From: Fistulifera solaris
Lineage: Eukaryota
Length of the DNA stretch: 64,000 nt
Assembly (NCBI GenBank): GCA_030295235.1
Contig: AP026137.1
Span: 620,001 to 684,000 of the forward strand
Direction: 5' to 3'
In this document: positions 1-11,280 of the stretch, in pieces
How positions within the stretch are numbered: position 1 is the first letter of the stretch
Layout of the letters: the number at the start of each line of letters is the position of its first letter
The notes under the pieces: model-generated
Seen by the model: only the letters and a program-made list of their open reading frames with translations
What the model was told of the DNA's origin: nothing
The model's database searches: none
Made by a program: the position numbers and the translations under genes

Positions 1-644
1 ATATTAAACGAGTCAAAAGGTGATTGTCGCCTACTAAGTGCGTTCACAAAAGCAGTTCCTCCGTCCAGAAAAGCAAAATCCTCGCCCAATTTTAGATTTC
101 TAGACCGTGTTGCTAGAACTATGGACTGTGCTGGATTCCATACGCCTCTTTGCAGCGATATTTGTCGTTCCGGATTCGCATCCAGGATGCAAGACAGTTG
201 CTCGGCTGTAAGAGCCGCAAAGTCGAACTTCAAATGTTGGTTGTAAGACGAAACACAACCAATTGCAGACAACCCTGGCTGGCATCCGAATGATGAAGAG
301 ACTAGAAGAAGCTCGCCGTCTCGGCGATCGCCGCATCGCTTTTTCCGTAAATAGCGCAGGAAAGAATATCTCCCTCATGAATTATATAAAATTCCACAAG
401 TCGTTCCTCAAATAACTTCATGGCGCTGATTCCTGTGCAAATCAGAGTGTCATTCTCTCGGCAAATCGCAATGGTCTCGTAGATATGCCATACGAAATCG
501 TCCAAAGAGCGCAATTCTCGCTGTAATCGGTAAAAGGGATGTCGCGTCGGCAGAGATCGGTGCGTCGTAATGCTTGAAACGTGGGTGAGAGTTCATTTGC
601 GGGTATCGTTTCATTATCGGTCCATCGTTCCTCTGAGCCTCCAT
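1..644 (-). pseudogene. Disrupted member of a diatom lineage-expanded hypothetical protein family; runs off the window start
   Basis: ATG at 644. Reading MEAQRND...YRLQRELRSLDDFVWHIYETIAICRENDTLIC...CAIYGKSDAAIAETASFF needs a frameshift near 535, then hits an in-frame TAG at 302-304 and further stops. The IYGxxDAAIAETAxFF motif is recalled from a Fistulifera-expanded family (memory, not searched). Confidence 0.5.
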
Positions 645-730
645 TTTCTGGTGTTATGATTTCAGGGGATTATTATTTCTCTTGAAGGTCACGACAAAGG
701 TCGAAATAGCAAAGCGCCGAGCGCCGATCA

Positions 731-1065
731 TTTTTCCTTACAATCAATCCCCTTGCAAAAATTTACGGATTTTACATAGGAGAATCGGACGGACTGTATT
801 TAGCGATCTAAAACCATTTCACGACTATTGTCGGAAGTGTAAGCGAAAATCCATAAGGTGAGTCTGGAATTTCAAAATAAATTGAGGTTATCAAGCTTAA
901 AAGTTGGATAACCTTAATAGAGTGACGTCATGCCCGTTTCTCCTTATGGATTTTCTGGTACACCAATCACCACAGTGCTGTTTTGGTTTTAGATTGTTAA
1001 GTAAAATCCATGTCGCTCTAATAAGTAAAATCCGTAAAATTTTGCAAGGGGATTGTAAGGAAAAA
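731..1065. mobile_element. Fold-back / MITE-like non-autonomous element
   Basis: Left arm 731-775 (tttttccttacaatcaatccccttgcaaaaatttacggattttac) is the near-perfect reverse complement of right arm 1025-1065 (gtaaaatccgtaaaattttgcaaggggattgtaaggaaaaa). Nested internal inverted pairs: atctaaaacca/tggttttagat, gaaaatccataagg/ccttatggattttc, ggttatc/gataacc. No coding capacity. Confidence 0.7.
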
Positions 1066-1244
1066 AAAGAGAGACCGGAATGTTTCGTCATTTTTACGTG
1101 CTTCATTCATCTTTTACTCCTTTGCCCTTTTGCTTTCGATCAACTTCGAACTGACTGTGATATCTTTCAAAATCTAAAGAAGCCAAGAAGCGACGTTTTT
1201 GGTCGAAAGGGCAAGCCTAACAGTTCGCCGCCGCTAAACTTGTC

Positions 1245-2284
1245 ATGGTTGCCGTGAGGCCTTCTCGATCACTGGTCGGTGGCGGTCGCACTTCACCGCC
1301 AAGGTGTACGTGTACTCTTCTCATACTATTTTCACTGACACTTTACTACTGGACGTTCATTGACATTGACAAGAGCATCAGATTATCCATAGAAACCATC
1401 AGTCCTGCAGCAGCACCTATAACAATTGAGGTCGACCCTGCAGAACTCGACGCTTCTCGTACATACATTCGTTCCATAAAAAGCTTCGGTCGAGCCTTGA
1501 AGTTTCTCCATATACCGAAGAATGCAGGATCTGCCATTGAAGAAGTAGCGGGTGGAACTCGTCCTCAATATTGGGGCGGGTGTCTGTTCAAACACAAACC
1601 AAAGGTACGTGATAGAGCGACTGGATGTTTCGCATGTGATGAAATAATCATTTTCTTACGTACTCCCTTTCGTTCACACAGCGGAAATCATGTATTTATC
1701 CCCAAGGAGGATGGTGGCCGGAACATGTCGCTTGGTGGCATATTCCGAGTCAATTTTTCCCTCTAGGGAAGGTCGATCCCTATGCCGATGCCGACGTCTT
1801 TGCTGTTGTGCGAGAACCCCTCGATCGTATCTTGTCGGAATTTTATTACGTATGTTCCCTTCGTCATGAAGACTGGAGACCCTATCAGTGTGACAAAGAT
1901 CGACTGTTTGAACCGGAGTATTTGAATAATTGGTTACAACGAAAGATACAGGCACAGCCCGAAACCCCATCGGCCGAGCGCTATCTCATGGATTTTGGCC
2001 ACTTTACACCCCAATCGGAATTCATCTTTGGTCCCAATGAAGTGAGAATGGTCGATTATGTCTTATTTATGGACGATTCGTTCGGAAAATCCTTCGATCA
2101 ACTCATGGCGGCATTCGAATTGTCCGAAATCAAAATCAAAAAATTCAATGCGCTCGGTGCCAAAGAACGAACGGTCGACACCCATTTGAACGTAACGCAT
2201 CTTGATCGTGAGACCTTGTCGGTGTTCCACTCGAAATATGCGGAGGACTTTGCCTTGTTCGGTACCAAGTTAGAGGTGCGGTAG
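1245..2284 (+). CDS. Type II membrane sulfotransferase-like protein (Sulfotransfer_2-like); exons 1245-1604, 1682-2284
   Basis: N-terminal TM anchor; PAPS-binding motifs FLHIPKNAGSAIE and FAVVREPLDRILSEFYY. GT-AG intron 1605-1681 joins the two ORFs in frame. Confidence 0.8.
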
Positions 2285-2558
2285 TAAGCTCCGTGCATAT
2301 TCAAGCGAATGAAATTCAAACTCAGTTTCAGCACTGCTGGCATTTCGTCATGGCACGCATAATCATGAAGAAATCATCTATGCTTGCCAGGATCTAATAT
2401 GTTATGACAGCTAAAACTATGAAGTTGTAAATAAAAGGTAAAGGATGATTGTAATGAAGTCTATCTATCTATTGTATTATTTATTGTATTCTATGGTTGT
2501 ATTTTTCGATGCGGCATCTCTATCTTTCGCATCGACTGTATTTGATGTATCATCGTAC

Positions 2559-3230
2559 TTATGAGGAAGCAAACACCTTCTTGGTGTTCTGTGGCGCCAA
2601 GAACGCCATTTGGGCCGGACGCTCGTAGGAAGGTTTGGAGGCATACAGCGGCTGGGACACCTCGGGGAAGTGCGCCGCACAGTAATCGCTCCAAATGTCG
2701 GCTGCGACGTACTTGGGGTCTTTGTACTGCTCTTTCGAAGCCACATGATGCGATTTTTGAGTGGATCGACTGTACAAGGCCGTGCGGCCCCAATCGTCTT
2801 CCGGGAGCGTGTTGTGTTCTTCATCCCACAAACAAATGGGACGATTCGAATTCACCACGCGCTTGTTTGCAACCAACTGATCGAGTGTATGCAAGACTTT
2901 TCCGGCCGGTTTGCCGACCCATCCTTCCGACTGGACGGGCCAGTTCACCACCATTCCGCACACGTTGAATTTCTGCAAGACCTCCGCGAGTTCATGGCCG
3001 ACTTCGGCTTTCAGCGTCTTTTGTTTCCGACCGTCTCGTAGCGGAGCGGAATGGAAGGAAAGTTGTTGCAAAGGTTCATCGAATTCCGGGTGCGAAGCCA
3101 AAGCGAGATCGATTTTATCTCCGGTAATGGAAAGGTTGAGAAGGGTCTTGCCGGCGGTCTTGCCCCAATCCAACGCGTGTGCGACGGCGCTGGGTGATTT
3201 CAAGAAAGATGTAATTGATCGGGTTGTCAT
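2559..3230 (-). CDS. YqgF/RuvX-like RNase H-fold protein, degenerate
   Basis: Motif order matches YqgF: LLNLSITGDKIDLALAS, VCGMVVNWPVQSEG, PICLWDE, AADIWSDY. The first catalytic Asp position appears substituted. Confidence 0.6.
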   Translation of the reverse strand: MTTRSITSFLKSPSAVAHALDWGKTAGKTLLNLSITGDKIDLALASHPEFDEPLQQLSFHSAPLRDGRKQKTLKAEVGHELAEVLQKFNVCGMVVNWPVQSEGWVGKPAGKVLHTLDQLVANKRVVNSNRPICLWDEEHNTLPEDDWGRTALYSRSTQKSHHVASKEQYKDPKYVAADIWSDYCAAHFPEVSQPLYASKPSYERPAQMAFLAPQNTKKVFASS

Positions 3231-3904
3231 TGTATTGTATTGTATTGTCTAAAATTCTATATTGATTTTCTATTGTTTATGATGATGATTCATGCATGAG
3301 ATGTTGAGTTCATGTTACTCGCTGGGTAGCGTTATTGGTTTTGTTTGTTTGATTATTTGTGGCTATTCGAGCGGGCGAGAGCGTTTTGCGTTTCAATCTT
3401 GCACCGCGGCATCGACGGAGAGAATCTCGTGTCATTCCATAGATTCATGACCCGAGTACACAAAATGCCATACACAGAGAAGGCCTAAGTCATGAAACCG
3501 AATCGGAGTTGACAGCCTTTTTCTCCATGAGGTGTCAAGTCATCGGCCATGGCCGGCACGCGACAAGCTTCCACGTAAATAGTGTAGGCATCTCGATCTG
3601 ATCTCGATAAATGGCGAATGGCGATGGCTACTTTTGTCAGTCAGTCAGATCCATTCGAAAAAGACCCAACGGACGTCGCGATCAACTCCGTCGAAAACCA
3701 CGACCAAAACAACGGACGCCGCAAGGTCGATGATCGATGACATCCGGCACTTGACGACGTCAATCTTTGGCGGGTTTAATATTTTTGACGTGTTCTTGAT
3801 ACCGACCTTGCCATGACAACTGAGATAGCCTTTGACACCACATAATCATTAGATGATCACCAGCACAACTTTAACGCGCGCCCTGATTACCGACGGCCAA
3901 TCGG

Positions 3905-5445
3905 ATCGGTCTCGTCTAACTTTAGTTGAAAGTGTCCGTCAAGTTTTACCATGACTGGAAATCAGTCATGAATAGGTGCTCTCACCACGTCCATGCTCGC
4001 CAGTTCCCATCCATTCTGCAAGCTAGATTTGCTGCGGAGCCCTTCAATAACGCAAGAATCATTAGCAGCTACAAGTTCAGCGCACGGCTTGATTCTTTAC
4101 GTCGAATGTCCACTTAATTCGGGCTCTTCCGCTTTTACTATAGTCCCAATGTGTAGATTACTTTCGTCACGACTGGATTTCAGTCATGAATAGCAGCTCT
4201 CACTACGTGCACGCCGCCAGTTCCCATCCATTCTGGAAGCTAGGTTTGCTGCGGTACCCATCAATAACATAAGAATCATTAGCAGCTAAAAGTTCAGCGC
4301 AAGGCTCGATTCTTTACGTCGAAAGTCCACTTCAATCGGTCACCTTCGATTTTACTATGGTCCCAAAGTGTGGATTACTTTTCATCACGACTGGATTTCA
4401 GTCATGAATAGCAGCTCTCACTACGTGCACGCCGCCAGTTCCCATCCATTCTGCAAGCTAGGTTTGCTGCGGTGCCCTTCAATAACATAAGAATCATTAG
4501 CAGCTAAAAGAGCAGCGCGGCTCGATTCTTTACGTCGAAAGTCCACTTAATTCGGGCTCTTCCGCTTCTACTATAGTCCCAATGTGTCAGCGACCTTTCA
4601 TCACGACTGGAATTCAGTCATGAATAGGTGCTCTCACTACGTGCACGCCGCCAGTTCCCATCAATTCTGCAAGCTAGGTTTGCTGCGGTGACCTTCAATA
4701 ACATAAGACTCATTAGCAGCTAAAATTTCAGCGCGCGGCTTGATTCTTTACCAGGTACATGGAAAGTCCACTTAAATCGGTCTCCTTCGTTTACTATAGT
4801 CCCGAAGTGTATATTACTTTTCGTCACGACTGGATTTTTGTCATGAATAGCCGCTCTCACTACGTGCACGCCGCCAGTTCCCATCCATTCTGCAAGCTAG
4901 GTTTGCTGCGGTGCCCTTCAATAACATAAGAATCATTAGCAGCTAAAAGTTCAGCGCGCGGCTCGATTCTTTACGTCGAAGTCCACTTAATTCGGGCTCT
5001 TCCGCTTTTACTATAGTCCCAGCGACCTTTCATCACGACTGGAATTCAGTCATGAATAGGTGCTCTCGCCACGTCCATGCTCGCCAGTTCCCATCAATTC
5101 TGCAAGCTAGATTTGCTGCGGTGACCTTAATAACGTAAGAATCTTTAGCAGCTACAAGTTCAGCGCAAGGCTCGATTCTTTACGTCGAAAGTCCACTTCA
5201 ATCGGTCACCTTCGATTTTACTATGGTCCCAAAGTGTGGATTACTTTTCATCACGACTGGAATTCAGTCATGAACGCAAATATGCCACGTGGAATCTAAG
5301 TCCAAGCTCACTGATTTCCGTCCGTTGTGCAAGCTACGTAGAGTTCCTCTCACTAATTCCCGTCGATGTTCTGCGGCTGAGCTATAGAAAGCTTACTAAA
5401 GATGCAAAGTTACCACTCTAGACTATACCAAGACTGGATTAAGCC
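3905..5445. repeat. Tandem repeat (satellite family 1): six ~218-bp monomers plus degenerate flanks, alternating A/B variants
   Basis: Core GACTGGAWTTCAGTCATGAA recurs at ~3953, 4171, 4389, 4605, 4828, 5037 and 5255, with a degenerate core at ~5432. Monomers are highly similar along their length. Confidence 0.95.
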
Positions 5446-5739
5446 CTAGTTATAAGTCGTCAAGGTTTAGTATTGTGAATCGTTGTTTAAAAAGCTATGG
5501 AATAAATATATCTTTTTTTCTATGATGGGAAAATCGAGCGGCAAGATCATGCATTTGATCTAAGGCTCATGCTTGTAGTAAAACAATTGTCGGTCGAGGC
5601 AAGCGACTGATTTTTTCATACACGTCAAGATGGTTGCATCAGCCCCTCGCAACTATCTGAACTCCGACAACATTTTCCAGGCATCTCATGCGCTCCTCAA
5701 GGAATCAGTAATATCATCTTGGAACACGTTTCTCCAAAT

Positions 5740-6540
5740 TCAACCAATTGCAGGCTGTTTACAAATTGGGCAGAGAGCGCGATCTGCTAGCCATTGGTCA
5801 ATACAGCTGCTGTGGAAACTATGAAGGCATGGGACAGTCCGAATCCGCTCGCCAGCCTGATAATTTTCCAAGCAGATAGCGCATCGCGATTGGTGATGGT
5901 CCGTCAAAATATCGTCCGTGGCTGTCAATGTTCTCGACGGCAGTCGCGCGATTTCCTCTGAACTGGCACCTATTTGATTCAACAAAGCTCCCACTGCCGG
6001 TCCGGCTTCCTCATGGAACTGCAAAAGACTGCCATAGTCTTCACCGGTCATATCCCGTTCGCGCATCACCAATCTTAAACTTTCGACGCTGATCGGAGGT
6101 TGCCCATGGAATCGTCGTTGTGCATTGAGACCATCCACCCAATCCAGAAAGCGTTCTTCGCGCTGCTCACGAAGCAAGCGCTGGGCGCGTCGTTCCAGTC
6201 GACTGCGGGCGGCACCGGGGAGCCATACACGAATCAAAAATCGTGTCAAAATGTTGAGTGAATATAAAATGAGGGCCACATCCATGAGCCGGCTGGCGAA
6301 CGACTTGCTTTTTCCTGTTTTGATTTCCGCATCCGGTGGCATTGTACTGTTTCTTTCTGCTTCATACTGCGCTTGCCTCTCGGCGTTCATTTTATAAATA
6401 ACATCGCGGCTTCGATCCGGAGAAAAGTAAAAGAAAATATACGCGTACAAACCCAAACAAGATGCCAACCCGACAACGTAGAGAACTCGTTTCCAAGGCG
6501 GCGTACGCTGCCGCAAAGCTTGCCATCGAGACGCACTCAT
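5740..6540 (-). CDS. Membrane-anchored RING-H2 E3 ubiquitin ligase
   Basis: Two hydrophobic segments; C-terminal CAICLENY...VPCLHSFHSSCIDQWL...CPICK (C3H2C3). Confidence 0.9.
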   Translation of the reverse strand: MSASRWQALRQRTPPWKRVLYVVGLASCLGLYAYIFFYFSPDRSRDVIYKMNAERQAQYEAERNSTMPPDAEIKTGKSKSFASRLMDVALILYSLNILTRFLIRVWLPGAARSRLERRAQRLLREQREERFLDWVDGLNAQRRFHGQPPISVESLRLVMRERDMTGEDYGSLLQFHEEAGPAVGALLNQIGASSEEIARLPSRTLTATDDILTDHHQSRCAICLENYQAGERIRTVPCLHSFHSSCIDQWLADRALCPICKQPAIG

Positions 6541-6771
6541 CGGAGTAGCCTAGGTTTCGAAATCTTTATTCATGTTGTTATTGAATGATGTAAGTATTAT
6601 TGCTCGCATTTGCTTGTTATCGATCCGTCTCGTCGCTCGTCGTCGCGTTGATGTCGCTTCGTATTGTTGAATTCGTACCGGTACTTGTGTCGCATTAGTT
6701 TTGTCGGTGCCATTGGTGGCATAGAAAACAAACTAAGATACGCATATTGAATACATCAAAAGTGTTTTCAT

Positions 6772-7599
6772 TTACTTCATGTTCCCTCGAACTGTCTCTG
6801 CCTTTAGATTCAAAGGTTTGCCCGACTTTGAGCTCGCAATTGCCGCATTTTTCGAACTGCTCGCTTCGGCGTCGGACACTATTTTCTTTTCTCGCTCTGC
6901 TAATGCTTTGACTAACTTTCTCATTTTCTCTTTTTCGCGCTCAATGGCTTCTTCTGCTTTCTTTTGCTCCTCTTGTATTCTCTTGTCGGCTTCTTTCCGA
7001 ACCCTGTTTTCGGCGGCAATGACAGCTTCGTTCTTTTCAGCAATCAATTGTGCCTTTTGTTCGGCAAGTGCCTGGTCCATGCGCTTTTCCATCAAACCTT
7101 TGTATTCATCCAACTTCGCAGCAAGATTTGCATCAAACTTTTCTCTCAATAGCGCAATTTCCTTCTCATATGCTGCTTTCAATTGAGCTTTATCGACGTC
7201 GCGGCCACTCAATTGCTTCTTGAGCTCCTCCACTTTGGCTTTTTCCGCTTCGAGCATATTCTCCAACTCATTTCTGATTTCTTCTAATTTCGATGATTCT
7301 TTTTCTAATTGTTGCAACTGTTGTTTTAGCTCTTCTACTTCTTCATTGAGCTTATTGCGCACCGACGACAGCGACCGATCGTTCAATTTGGCATTGGCAA
7401 TTTGCAATGCTTTGATCTGTTGTCGAAGTTGAACCATCTCATCTTGATACTGCCGCACTCTCTTTTCTAAACTCTGTTTCTCGGAATTGATTTGCTTGGA
7501 GAAGTTGGGTTTGGAACCTAGAAATGGGAGGCTCCAACCGGCCGAGATGGGTTGCGTCATGGCGGCCAGGCACAGGAGTTGAATGTAGACGGTTCTCAT
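6772..7599 (-). CDS. Coiled-coil protein with N-terminal signal peptide, function unknown
   Basis: ATG at 7599 gives MRTVYIQLLCLAAMTQPISA|GWSLPF (signal-like), followed by ~230 aa of E/K/Q/L heptad-rich sequence. Confidence 0.7.
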   Translation of the reverse strand: MRTVYIQLLCLAAMTQPISAGWSLPFLGSKPNFSKQINSEKQSLEKRVRQYQDEMVQLRQQIKALQIANAKLNDRSLSSVRNKLNEEVEELKQQLQQLEKESSKLEEIRNELENMLEAEKAKVEELKKQLSGRDVDKAQLKAAYEKEIALLREKFDANLAAKLDEYKGLMEKRMDQALAEQKAQLIAEKNEAVIAAENRVRKEADKRIQEEQKKAEEAIEREKEKMRKLVKALAEREKKIVSDAEASSSKNAAIASSKSGKPLNLKAETVRGNMK

Positions 7600-8297
7600 T
7601 GTCTTGTAGTCAATTCTCACCACGCGTTCGTTCTTTAAGTAGAGACGCAATTATTCTGTTGCCGGCAAACTGTTAACTGACTTGGGAACGATGAATGCTT
7701 TGTTTACAACCTTGCTTGTTGTTGTCATTGCGATGCTTTTCGCAAAACGCCATCATTCTCGCAGTCGCACGGACGCGCTCTTGTACGTAGTACTCTTTGT
7801 TTTATAATTGCCAGAGTTCCATGTGGCACTCGACCGCGAAGGGCGATGGGCTTGCGCATTTCGATCCAAAATCAGCATCAGTGATAGACTAGCAATCTCT
7901 TATTATCAAATTGCTGGTTTGTCGAAAAGTAATCGACAATTGTAGCGTAGTCTAGTCATAATTTTTTAGTCAAGAAATGTGGGCTTAATGTGGGCAACCG
8001 ATGCCGGGACTGCAGTGAAGTTTAGTCACACCACCGTATAAGACAACACTTTACCTTGGCGATTTTGGATTCCAGATTCCATGCAAAATAACCGTTACTT
8101 AACGAATGTCTTCGCAAACCCGAATCCAAAACCTTCCCTTTCTCTGTGTCAACACTCGAGAGCGACGACGAAGAATCGTTTCTCTGCATCGGCTGATGGG
8201 GTCTTACTGCATTGTACGAATACCAAAAGTGCATATTCTTTCTTTTCATTTGAAACAATCCTATTTCTTGAATATTTTGTAGAATTAGTTTCCTAAG

Positions 8298-9283
8298 ATG
8301 CTTTCTTCGGGATGCAAAAAGTGAACACGACCGCAGTAAGTAGAATGTCAACCGGCGTGATCGAACGGTCTTGCGTACCTTTCTCTTCCTCATCCCATTC
8401 GGGTCATTTGCAGGTCGCGCGTGTTTTACCTCGTGCTTTCTCTACAGTCGAGTTGAAAAAGACGATCTCTCCCAAGTCAGAGAACATTAAATACTTCAAA
8501 GTGTATCGATGGGACCCAGAACAAAGTCAAAAGCCTTATCTTAGCACGTACCCTGTGGATTTGAACGAGTGCGGACCGATGGTGCTCGATGCACTGATTA
8601 AGATTAAAAACGAACAGGATCCCTCACTTACGTTCCGTCGCTCCTGTCGTGAAGGGATTTGCGGCTCGTGTGCCATGAACATTGATGGAGTCAACAATCT
8701 GGCCTGCTTGTCGTACATTGAAAAGGATACCTCGAAAGCGACCAAAATCTATCCTCTGCCGCACATGTATGTTATCAAAGATCTCGTTCCCGATATGAGT
8801 AACTTTTATGAGCAGTATCGCAGCATTGAGCCGTGGTTGCAACCGGGGCAGGAAAAGAAACCGGGTCAAGGCGAGTACTTGCAATCGGAGCAAGATCGTG
8901 CCAAGTTGGATGGAATGTACGAGTGCATTCTATGCGCTTGCTGCAGCACAGCCTGTCCTAGTTATTGGTGGAACGCCGACAAATATCTGGGACCTGCGGT
9001 TTTGATGCAAGGTACGTTTGGAAAGGTTCTCAGCAAGTTGATTGCGTTGTTGTATTGTGCTCATATTGTTCGTCCTTCTTGGTACGAAGCCTATCGCTGG
9101 ATCGAGGATAGTCGCGATGGATCAACTGCGAAACGTCTTGCTGATTTGGACGATGCCTTCAAGCTGTATCGCTGCCACACCATCATGAACTGTACCAAAG
9201 TTTGCCCCAAACATTTGAATCCTGGTAAAGCCATTGCGAGTATCAAAAGAGGCTTGCCGATCATTAGATATCAGCACCGATAG
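8298..9283 (+). CDS. SDH2: Succinate dehydrogenase iron-sulfur subunit (mitochondrial complex II); introns 8336-8413 and 9012-9089
   Basis: [12 protein letters not shown] [2Fe-2S], [12 protein letters not shown] and [12 protein letters not shown] motifs. Both introns are 78 nt GT-AG and in frame. Start is ATG 8312, or ATG 8298 if one G is missing at 8309-8311. Confidence 0.97.
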
Positions 9284-9811
9284 TATCATAGACATGTTTG
9301 AGTGATCATAAGGTGCACTTTTCGACTTATACACGTTACTCATTGAGAGGGAGCATTTTGTTTTATAGTAATGGTGTTTACCTAGTAAATGATTGTCGTG
9401 TTACTGGAGCATTTATTAGCTACTAGAGCAAACCAAGAACTAAATAGTTTTTGATAAAGTAACTTTTCTTATTGAGAAATCAAATAATTTACATTTGAAC
9501 TCTTTCATTCGCTTAGCTCGTTGCACGTATCGCGCGGCTCAGGTGTGGACGATTATCAAGCACGCTACCTTTGGGTAAAACGCCGTATTGCACTACCTGA
9601 GCTGTGTTTTCCTGCTTTTGCTCGTCTTTATCATCCTAGTATAAAAGTAGCATGACCGAGAGCATGCTGCTTTTTCTGTTCTTTAAGCCAAATGGATCGT
9701 TGAATCTGCACCGCCACATAGTGTTTAAATGACTGGCCGCAAAGCAGAAGAGCGATGACGTTCCCTCACCGTAGTTCGATGAACTATCAAGTCCAAACAA
9801 CAACATATCAA

Positions 9812-10636
9812 TCAAGCTGCAGCGGCAGATATCTCCTCCGATCGGGGATAGAAACAAGCATTCTGTATAAAAATATCGGTTTCTTCCTCCGACGCAACAG
9901 CGTTCAATTGCAAGCATCCAATCGACTCGAGATGATAGGCAATCTCCTCGCAGTACTCCTCGGCACAGGAGTATGAGCAATGGTATGCATGAATGTGTCC
10001 GATGTTGTTCAGAGCTGCCAAAAGCGGTAGCTTCGTCATTCTACCCACTGCACTTGCTGTTGTTTGGCTGCTCAACATGTCATCTAAAATTTTGAACGCC
10101 ATGTTGTAATACTCAAGCGCACTCGTTAAGAGACTTGACTTGCATAAATAGACGCCTCCCAGGTGATAAGCAAGTCCGATATTGTACGAAAGTACACCGA
10201 TAATGAGCAGCTTGTCTTCGTAACTGCTCGGTAGACCCATTGTTTCAGCGCCAATGGCCCTATCAAAGAATTGATATACGTCGTTGGATAAGGTAGAAGC
10301 GGTCTTGTTACAGTTTGGGATAGCCACGCTGTATATCCTTCCCTTTTCGGTCGCTTTTCGTCGTTGTCTAGAATAACAGCCTTGCTTGTAAGATGAGCAA
10401 GAAACATGATTTTCTCCATCAGTAGTTTCCTCTGCTAGAACATCGATAGCTAAATACTCTGTAGCGGGAGAAATATCGTCCCCTTTCACTTCACTCAGTA
10501 GCAAAAGCGTCATCGCTTCCAAGAATATTTCCGCGCCGTGAGCGAATTCGCCTTCTTTCAAAAGTTGTATCCCTTTCGAGTTCAACTCCGTAATTTGATC
10601 AGCAACATAATTCTCGAAAGTTCTCTCGTTTCCCAT
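9812..10636 (-). CDS. Hypothetical protein with degenerate TPR-like helices (diatom-expanded type)
   Basis: 274-aa ORF; LNSKGIQLL, VLSYNIGLAYHL, ALEYYNMAF and LAALNNIGHIH helical motifs. Confidence 0.65.
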   Translation of the reverse strand: MGNERTFENYVADQITELNSKGIQLLKEGEFAHGAEIFLEAMTLLLLSEVKGDDISPATEYLAIDVLAEETTDGENHVSCSSYKQGCYSRQRRKATEKGRIYSVAIPNCNKTASTLSNDVYQFFDRAIGAETMGLPSSYEDKLLIIGVLSYNIGLAYHLGGVYLCKSSLLTSALEYYNMAFKILDDMLSSQTTASAVGRMTKLPLLAALNNIGHIHAYHCSYSCAEEYCEEIAYHLESIGCLQLNAVASEEETDIFIQNACFYPRSEEISAAAA

Positions 10637-11280
10637 GGTCGCTCTATGTTGCTCTCCGTCTGTGCCTTTACTATTCGATAGGTCTTTGCTTTTCTTTCTT
10701 TGCTAGGTGCTTCTTGTTTTTACCATTTTGAGGAGCGTTGATTGCGATGAACGTGATGTTATTGTTTGTTTCGCCGGATGCCTGGGAGTATCTTTTTTCA
10801 ACTGAAATAGCTACAGTGCCGATCCGGAAAGAAAAACGAAAGAAAACTGCAGGGACGTCGAAGATGTCGAAGCTGCGAAGAACCATGTTCGAGATGTTCT
10901 TCGAAAGAATGTCCGAAAGACAGACCGCTAAAGTGTACGCGGACACCACATGCGTCGTAGTGGTACCCGCAACGACCTGGGGACTGGGGACTGGGAAATA
11001 GTGCTTTGTCTACTGTCTATAGCTCTAGAGAGAGACGGCTAGCAAGACTCTAAGGCTGGTCTCTTAACTTAAATACTCATTGCTCAGCCTAAGCGATATT
11101 TCTTGTCTCCATGTCTAGTTGCGTGGTAATCACTTATGATTGTCTCCATCCTCATCATGATAAACGTCATCACCAACTAGAATGATGTCGAAAGGCGGTG
11201 TTAAAAATTGGGCCCAACTTTCTTTGATAATTAAAGCTACTACGCTTTCCGAAATCAACATCTATAAGGCTATGATACAT

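Noticed and set aside
904..1257. ORFs 904-1257 and 897-1106
   Set aside because: They overlap the fold-back element and show no transposase or other recognisable motif.
3950..5274. Retrozyme / hammerhead ribozyme in the tandem monomers
   Set aside because: No CUGANGA...GAAA core was found by eye on either strand of a monomer. A covariance-model search would be needed to exclude other ribozymes.
3926..5421. Short ORFs inside the satellite (3926-4117, 3993-4193, 5236-5421)
   Set aside because: Stops and indels vary between monomers and there is no protein-like motif.
3905..5445. CRISPR array interpretation of the palindromic repeats (also 30280-31850)
   Set aside because: Period is ~215 bp, the intervening sequences are themselves repeated rather than unique, the context is eukaryotic, and no cas genes are present.
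8336..9089. Apparent unusual insertions in SDH2 in the ORF-track translation
   Set aside because: Both are ordinary 78-nt in-frame GT-AG introns.
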